From Leptospiraceae bacterium (GTDB taxonomy: Bacteria; Spirochaetota; Leptospiria; Leptospirales; Leptonemataceae), in contig JAVJNR010000002.1 in the NCBI GenBank assembly GCA_040217195.1, positions 64,001-128,000 on the forward strand: 64,000 nt of DNA, read 5' to 3'. Under the pieces are notes generated by a model. The model did not search any database, was not told where the DNA came from, and saw only the letters and a program-made list of their open reading frames with translations. This document shows positions 57,989-64,000 of this stretch, one piece after another (the stretch's first letter is position 1; each line of letters begins with the position of its first letter). The position numbers were made by a program, and so were the translations under genes.

Positions 57989-59482
57989 TTAGCCCCCGCC
58001 AGACATTTCGTATTCCTTTTCCATTCGCTCCACCAATCCCTGAAACTGGATAGGGCTTTCAATACCAAAATCCTTGCGAATGTCCTCTTCAATGGAAAAA
58101 TAATCCACAGTGCCGCCGGCAGCCTGTTGAATTCGCACAGCAAGATATACACAATGAATCAATCGTCTGTAAGGCTCCTCGGCTTGAAGAGGTTTCTGTT
58201 GATACCTGATAGCCTGAACGATTGCTTCCGGAAATTGCCATCGCTCGGCAAGCATTGCTCCCACTTCCGGATGGCCGATACCCAGAGCTACCTCTTCCAT
58301 CATGGCTGTGTTTCGGATTCGGCCTCGTTCGAGCATATCCTGGATTTTCTGGATCAACTCTGGCTTCATGGAGATCAGCACAATTTTTCCCAGCTCGTAC
58401 AGCAATCCACTGACACTGGCAAAATCCCTGGCAAAAGAATCCTGTCGTGCAAGCTTGCCCGCAAAAAAAGAGACCCGGTTTGAGTTATCCCAGATGGACT
58501 CCAGATCCTTTTTGCGATACCTGGAGGACATTATTTTGCGGGCACCGGCCACCATCAAAAGGTTACCCAATCCTTTTAATCCGATGATTTTGATTGCATC
58601 CGTTAGACCTGGGCTCCTGGTGCGAGTCATGAAACCTGCAGAGTTCGCCAGTTTCAGGACCTGCGCCGTTAATGCAGGATCCTTTTCAACTCTGGCAGTA
58701 ATAATCTGTATGGAGGAGGATTCACTGTTGCAGAGGTTCCACAGTTCCTGAATGTTCTCCGGAAACGATGGAAGTGCATCCAGTTCATCCAGAACACTTT
58801 TGATATACTGATTACGATTCTTTGCTTCTTCCTGATCTCGCGGTAGGGCCACTCGTGCAATTGTTTCTTCTTTTGTGGTATCGATGCGAAAATGATTTCC
58901 CGGAACTCCGGCATTCTGAAGCAGTACCAGAGTCAACACCAGTCCCAGGCCTGCGCCTTCCGATTCGTCGCGTACTGTTGCAAATACGGCGTCCAGTTCT
59001 TGATGCTCTTTGAAAAGCTCCAACCGGGACTGAATTCTTTCTACCTCTCTGGGAAGTAGAGGGGCGTTGTTTCGAACTTCAATATGGAGATGCTTTTCTT
59101 TTAACTGGAAGTAAAGCCTTGTGTAATACTCATTTTGTTTGTGCTGTTTTCTGAAATCTTCCCAGTGCTCCAGAACTCGATTCGCGAATCCTTTCATTGC
59201 ACGGGTATAGTCCGTTTCAGTACTCAAATCTACATTTTCAAAGTGCAAATAGATTCGCTTTGCATTTGCTTTGGAGGCATTGGATAACAACTCTTTTGTA
59301 ATGACAAAGGTAGGCTCGGATAGAAAGGCTAGATCCAACTCGGAAAGAAGCCTGTATATAAAATCAGAAAGCTCATTAACTTCCCGATCGACCAGACCGG
59401 GAAATGTGATGGTGAGCAGTTCTCCAGAGAGAACAGCCCTGAGGGCATCTCCCCGCTCTTTGTGCGTATCAAAGGGAAGCAC
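57989..59482 (-). CDS. HDOD-domain signalling protein with N-terminal GHKL/HATPase-like domain
   Basis: KELLSNASKAN, EGAGLGL; LPSFP, DPALTAQVLKLANS, HPEVGAMLAERWQFP. Confidence 0.85.
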   Translation of the reverse strand: MLPFDTHKERGDALRAVLSGELLTITFPGLVDREVNELSDFIYRLLSELDLAFLSEPTFVITKELLSNASKANAKRIYLHFENVDLSTETDYTRAMKGFANRVLEHWEDFRKQHKQNEYYTRLYFQLKEKHLHIEVRNNAPLLPREVERIQSRLELFKEHQELDAVFATVRDESEGAGLGLVLTLVLLQNAGVPGNHFRIDTTKEETIARVALPRDQEEAKNRNQYIKSVLDELDALPSFPENIQELWNLCNSESSSIQIITARVEKDPALTAQVLKLANSAGFMTRTRSPGLTDAIKIIGLKGLGNLLMVAGARKIMSSRYRKKDLESIWDNSNRVSFFAGKLARQDSFARDFASVSGLLYELGKIVLISMKPELIQKIQDMLERGRIRNTAMMEEVALGIGHPEVGAMLAERWQFPEAIVQAIRYQQKPLQAEEPYRRLIHCVYLAVRIQQAAGGTVDYFSIEEDIRKDFGIESPIQFQGLVERMEKEYEMSGGG

Positions 59483-59694
59483 AGAAACTTATATGCTTGA
59501 AGCACCCTTGCCGGCAACAAATTTCGCAGTTCCTGAATGAAGGCAGCCTGGTCCAGAGACCCGCAACAGAATCAAAGGGCGGTGCATTAGATTAAACTTT
59601 CGGAGTTGAGTCCGGCCGTTGTATCACTTAGTATCCTGTACCCGGGAGCAGTATATCCAATCGGCGATTTCTATCTGCTAAGACCTGAGTTTAC

Positions 59695-60138
59695 TCATTC
59701 TTCCAGGTCTTCAAAACTGCCATCCGCAGCCAGGCGGAAGGCCCCCAGAAATTCATGGGGCAGGGAAGCCCCCCATTCCTGCGGGGAGAGGATGGAAAAG
59801 TGCTTATCTCCATTCTTCTTCTTGTACAGATACAATGCCATGCCGGGTTTCTTTTCGAAATTGCATTTAATTCGGTGAAGTTCCATGTCACGTTCTGCCC
59901 GGCCTATGATATCTTTGGCTTCTTCTTGCAGGGTTCGAATCTGTCGCGCAATAACATCTAATTTGCCATGGACATGACTTTGAACAATTTCATCTGCTTT
60001 TTCGATTTCCTGAGCCCTCTGTACCAGACTAAAAGGAGGGTCACTGGTACGGGCCGGATGCGTCATGCTCCGTCGGTCATCCAGGATGGGTTCTTTCTTA
60101 TTGTGGCGGGCTGTTTGCTGACTCTCCTGATTTTCCAT
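59695..60138 (-). CDS. DUF2452-family protein
   Basis: KLDVIARQIRTLQEEA, CNFEKKPG..YLY, SILSPQEW, RLAADGSF. Confidence 0.8.
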   Translation of the reverse strand: MENQESQQTARHNKKEPILDDRRSMTHPARTSDPPFSLVQRAQEIEKADEIVQSHVHGKLDVIARQIRTLQEEAKDIIGRAERDMELHRIKCNFEKKPGMALYLYKKKNGDKHFSILSPQEWGASLPHEFLGAFRLAADGSFEDLEE

Positions 60139-60241
60139 GGGAATTCCTCTGGGCACAAAGAAGGCGCCCATTTGAAAGAAATGCGCGCCCACCTTCTGAG
60201 TCAACAGGAAAGGTCCCACAGAAACGTGGGACAAATTGCTG

Positions 60242-61225
60242 TTATCGGATTTTCAGATTTCGTTTGATCTTGTAAATCTGATAATGAAGCATTGGATTTA
60301 CTACTTCTTCGCCTTCAGCTACTCCATCACCAGCCTGCCCTTCATACTTTTGAGCCGCCTCGGCATCGAATACAACAATCGCTACAGTGTTGTAGAATTC
60401 ATAGTCCACTTTGTATCGCAGATAATGATGCGATCGAAAGATGGATTTACGTCTTAGCTGCTCCACTGTGTAGCTATGTTTATCAATGTTCTTGAAAACC
60501 TTTGTTCGGTTCTCCTCTGGAGTAGGAGGAACATAATCGCTGAGAGTTAACTTGTCTGGCGGAGGAGTGGTATCACCGTGCAGAGTCATTCTCAGTCCCT
60601 GTGTTGGGTAACGATTAATATAGGCGATGTACATCCAGGCTGGAGGCAAGAGCTCCGGAATTGGCCGCACAGCCGCCACGGAATCTCTCATTCTAGAAAT
60701 GATTTCTTTTTGTTCTTCGTACGGACCATCCGGAGCATCCGGGTTAGCTTTGGGGCTCCAGATCTTTTCAGGAGGAATGTCCTTAGGGGTGATTTTCATG
60801 AAATGAACCACCCTTTCCCGTTTGGCCGGGTCATGGACTCTCCATACTGGATACGGAATCCATTTCCGGTCGTTTTCATCTACGGAATTGGTTTCCCGGT
60901 AGGCCAGCACCCAGATGTACAGATCCATTGGATCGTTAGTAATGTTTCGGATGGTGAACATTACATCGAGGATTTCTCCCCGTCCATCCGAGGCATAGCG
61001 ACGATCTACCGTTAAATCCTCCACCTCAATGGTGGGATCATCGATGGCAATTGGGTTGTAATTATCCAGAGTGATTTGATCCGGACGATTGCCGTCATTA
61101 ACAGCCACCTCATTCCCGCCTGGGTTTTCGGTAATGTTTGGATCTTCACTCCAGAGCAGGCCGGCAAAGAGCGGACCTGCGAAAAGTACAGCGAAAGAAA
61201 TATAGCGAATCCAACGAATAGACAT
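60242..61225 (-). CDS. Hypothetical secreted protein
   Basis: Signal-like N-terminus, 327 aa, AGGAG upstream. Confidence 0.75.
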   Translation of the reverse strand: MSIRWIRYISFAVLFAGPLFAGLLWSEDPNITENPGGNEVAVNDGNRPDQITLDNYNPIAIDDPTIEVEDLTVDRRYASDGRGEILDVMFTIRNITNDPMDLYIWVLAYRETNSVDENDRKWIPYPVWRVHDPAKRERVVHFMKITPKDIPPEKIWSPKANPDAPDGPYEEQKEIISRMRDSVAAVRPIPELLPPAWMYIAYINRYPTQGLRMTLHGDTTPPPDKLTLSDYVPPTPEENRTKVFKNIDKHSYTVEQLRRKSIFRSHHYLRYKVDYEFYNTVAIVVFDAEAAQKYEGQAGDGVAEGEEVVNPMLHYQIYKIKRNLKIR

Positions 61226-61326
61226 GCGTCATGCTCCTGCCTCTATTATCGAAAAAGGCTACGTTTACATTAATTAGTATCGAGAAAAGCTTGTAACCTG
61301 AAAAGAAAAATCCGAAACCGATTCCC

Positions 61327-62445
61327 ATGGATATCCGCTTCTTTATACGACATAATACTCGGCTACCCCAGCTTCTAGTTGTTCTCACTCTAATTCTATC
61401 CTATTTGCCACAATGCAAAAGTGGATATCCACCCGGTATCGGGGAGCTCCTGGAAAAAAGGATGAAAAGCAGTTATGCAGAAACGGAAGTCATAGATCTG
61501 CTATATTTTACAAATCGCAAGTCGAATTCCAGTTCCGGGGTTTGCTCTGATCAGAACATATCAGTAAAAAAGCACACGGAAGTTCACTCCGGTCTATGTC
61601 GGGTCCAGGTGCCCCGGAACCATGAGATAGGAGCTCTGGATCAGGCAGGCAGTCCAGGTGCGGACAGACAAAATCGATTTTCCATTTTGGCCGGAGAGAG
61701 ACTGGATACAGGAATGGATCGAGTGGATTCCAGAGAGATTGTAGTTTTTGTGCATGGATTCAATGTAAAATTCGAGGAGGCTGTACTTCGGGCTGCACAG
61801 ATTCAGTATGATCTCAAATTTCCCTACCCGGTTGTATTGTTTTCCTGGCCAGCCGGTCCATCCGACGATGTGCTGATTGAATCTCTGTCACTGACCCGTA
61901 CCTATCGTGAAAATCAGGCGAATGCAGCCGCCTCAGTGAATGACTTTGCAAGATTCATAACTGACCTGGATGATCGGGTGGATACGATGCATTTGATTGT
62001 CCATTCCATGGGTCATCAGGTTGTAATCCCGGGACTTAAAAGGGCCCTGGAACAACGGCCGGGTCTAAAGTTCGGTGAAATTGTTTTCTTTGCGCCGGAC
62101 TTCCCGGCCGGAGAGTACGGAAAATACTCTACAACGATTCAAAATTCCGCCTATCGCACCACCATGTATTGCAGCCCGGGGGACAACGCTCTGGCCGTGT
62201 CTCAAAGAGTGAATGGAAATTACAGACTGGGAATGTGTAAGAGAGTACCCGGAACAGATGTCATAAACGTAAATGAAGTGGATGATCCTGTTCTTGGAGT
62301 GGGCGGCCTGGGGCATGGATACTATTCAAGTCGGGCCATACTTACGGACCTGTTTCAACTCTTTCTGGGTGTACACGTGGAAAAGAGACTATTCATTCGA
62401 AAATCGGATCCAGGACATGGGGAAGATTACGTTTTGAGAAAATAG
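61327..62445 (+). CDS. Alpha/beta hydrolase lipoprotein (DUF900-like)
   Basis: YFTNR, VFVHGFN, FSWP, IVHSMG, GHGYY. Confidence 0.88.
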   Translation: MDIRFFIRHNTRLPQLLVVLTLILSYLPQCKSGYPPGIGELLEKRMKSSYAETEVIDLLYFTNRKSNSSSGVCSDQNISVKKHTEVHSGLCRVQVPRNHEIGALDQAGSPGADRQNRFSILAGERLDTGMDRVDSREIVVFVHGFNVKFEEAVLRAAQIQYDLKFPYPVVLFSWPAGPSDDVLIESLSLTRTYRENQANAAASVNDFARFITDLDDRVDTMHLIVHSMGHQVVIPGLKRALEQRPGLKFGEIVFFAPDFPAGEYGKYSTTIQNSAYRTTMYCSPGDNALAVSQRVNGNYRLGMCKRVPGTDVINVNEVDDPVLGVGGLGHGYYSSRAILTDLFQLFLGVHVEKRLFIRKSDPGHGEDYVLRK

Positions 62446-62487
62446 AAACCCGGGACCGATGAATCGCTAAGGCGAAGCTGTATGCTT

Positions 62488-64000
62488 TTAATCGGATCTA
62501 CGCCACTCATAGAGAAGAGCTGTAAGACTGATTACAGCATTAAGTGATTCTAATCCGGAAATAGGTATTCGAAATCGCTGTCCCTGCAGGTTCTCCGGCA
62601 GGCCCTGACCTTCCTGGCCCACAACGAAAAGAACTGGCTGCGAAACATCTGCAATCGACGGCCTCAGCGCCTGCAGGGAAACGTTACTCCTGTGGTCCAG
62701 AACAACGATGTTCCTTTCAGGATAATGGGCCGCTTTAAGTTTCCTGGATAATTCATTCAGGGGACCGGTTTGAAAGAATTTCGTTCTGAGGCAGGCACCG
62801 GAGCTGCTGCGAATGGCCAATGGATGAAACGGAAAAACTGACTCAGCAGTAATCAATACAGAATCCACGCCAAAACCTCGGGCCGTGCGAATGGCGCTTC
62901 CCATGTTTTCCGGCAGAGAAAGAGGAAGGACCAGGATGGACGATGGTCTGCCCACTTCCTGCGGATTCTGGTAACTATCCCATTCAGGCAAATCTGCGAA
63001 ATCAGCGGAGTCCTCGAGGTTCCAGAGTAAAAGCGGATACCTGGTGCCGGAAAAATCCAGTTTGCGAAACAGCTCACCTCTGAGTCGGTAGAGAGGTAGA
63101 TCCGGCCATGCGCCTAGTATAGAAAAAAACTCTTCGGGCAGTGTATCGTGGAATATCAATGCTTCAGGTTGACCATTGTAATGCGCCTGGGTCATTCTCT
63201 GGCTGGATTCTGATTCAACATTGGTTGTCCGGGGCCGGGCAAATTCTGGACGAGGGTCCGCTCCACCGGACATTTCCTGCAGCAGCTCCGGTACAATCTT
63301 TCTGCCGGCTACCAGAGTTAGCCCGGTTTTTCGGATCCATTTACTCTGGTCCAATCGGGACCAATCCTTGAACCTGGGGTTGGATTCCGATTCCAGAACC
63401 CGAACCCTTCCTTGCAGCCAGGCCGGAATTCCATGTTTGTCCGATAATCCAATCTCAGCTTTAGTATCCGAACCCGACCCTTCGTCCTGCGTAGACTGTC
63501 CGGGCCCGGCAATCCGGACCTCGTTGCCTGAGACCGGCGATCCTATACCGGCACTGAATCTTTGAAAAAGCACAAGCCGACGTCTATCCTGGGTGCCCGG
63601 AAGAGTATAATCCAATGTTTTGAGATGGGACCAACCCTCCACAGAGCCGGCCTCCAGGATCTCATCATCGCAATCCGGACCTTTCCAGAAAACAAATAGT
63701 CCGTCGGGATTCACACTGGCAGTACTGAGCCGGAGAGTGTCTGGAATAGTCATGAAAGCGCGACTTATGGCACTATTACATTCAATTCGATCTGCCGGAT
63801 TGAGCTTTCTAGAGATAACCTCCACATTGGGCAACTTCAGCTCGGCCACCACAGAGCTTAGAAACTCGGTGCGTTTCTTTCGGCCTTCCACAAGCCGGAA
63901 ATGGATATCAGGTCGAACGATGGCCAGAGGGATTCCCGGGAATCCGCCTCCGCTGCCCAGGTCCATGCAGGGGCTGCGCAGATCAAGCTGCGCTTGCCGA
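62488..64000 (-). CDS. RsmG-like methyltransferase fused to TrmH/SpoU (SPOUT) methyltransferase; 5' end beyond window
   Basis: DLGSGGGFPGIPLAI, VEGRKKR, ISRAF, WKGP, then ENMGSAIRTA, GQEGQGL, ESLNA; frame open to window end. Confidence 0.88.
   Translation of the reverse strand, partial: RQAQLDLRSPCMDLGSGGGFPGIPLAIVRPDIHFRLVEGRKKRTEFLSSVVAELKLPNVEVISRKLNPADRIECNSAISRAFMTIPDTLRLSTASVNPDGLFVFWKGPDCDDEILEAGSVEGWSHLKTLDYTLPGTQDRRRLVLFQRFSAGIGSPVSGNEVRIAGPGQSTQDEGSGSDTKAEIGLSDKHGIPAWLQGRVRVLESESNPRFKDWSRLDQSKWIRKTGLTLVAGRKIVPELLQEMSGGADPRPEFARPRTTNVESESSQRMTQAHYNGQPEALIFHDTLPEEFFSILGAWPDLPLYRLRGELFRKLDFSGTRYPLLLWNLEDSADFADLPEWDSYQNPQEVGRPSSILVLPLSLPENMGSAIRTARGFGVDSVLITAESVFPFHPLAIRSSSGACLRTKFFQTGPLNELSRKLKAAHYPERNIVVLDHRSNVSLQALRPSIADVSQPVLFVVGQEGQGLPENLQGQRFRIPISGLESLNAVISLTALLYEWRRSD

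Noticed and set aside
59931..59941. GGGTTCGAATC matching the tRNA T-arm (possible att duplication)
   Set aside because: Only 11 nt, inside a coding region, with no acceptor-stem match and no integrase.
62368..62384. CACGTG-centred sequence resembling parS
   Set aside because: Flanks (GTGTACACGTGGAAAA) are not palindromic and deviate at several consensus positions.
1..64000. CRISPR array, IS/transposase, integrase or prophage genes
   Set aside because: No regularly spaced direct repeats and no ORFs with such motifs were seen by eye.

Overview
Replication-origin region of a bacterial chromosome. It is very likely a spirochete of the Leptospiraceae (inferred from FlgL/FlgK, FecR/LipL45-like lipoproteins and HDOD protein style; not confirmed by search). 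It holds the end of a flagellar operon (flgK-flgL-fliW-csrA), the rpmH-rnpA-yidD-yidC-jag-mnmE operon, and dnaA-oriC-dnaN-recF-dciA with no gyrB/gyrA. Further on are lpxD, two tRNA-Ser genes, mutL-coaC-coaB, amgK-murU, an aspartate aminotransferase, trmL, pntAA-pntAB-pntB, rsmG(with internal parS)-parA-parB, ccmB-ccmC and an RsmG-SPOUT fusion at the right edge. No CRISPR array, prophage or IS element is visible, and most of the window is core genome. The strongest oddities: (1) mnmE and rnpA appear to start at non-canonical ATC/ATT codons overlapping the upstream TAA; (2) two divergent genes share one CATG as start codons; (3) a nucleosidase-like gene sits next to a membrane-anchored TPR-Mrr nuclease-like gene; (4) an ~850 bp terminator-flanked spacer is rich in hairpins; (5) several proteins look like pseudoenzymes. 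All assignments come from motif recognition by eye, without database searches.
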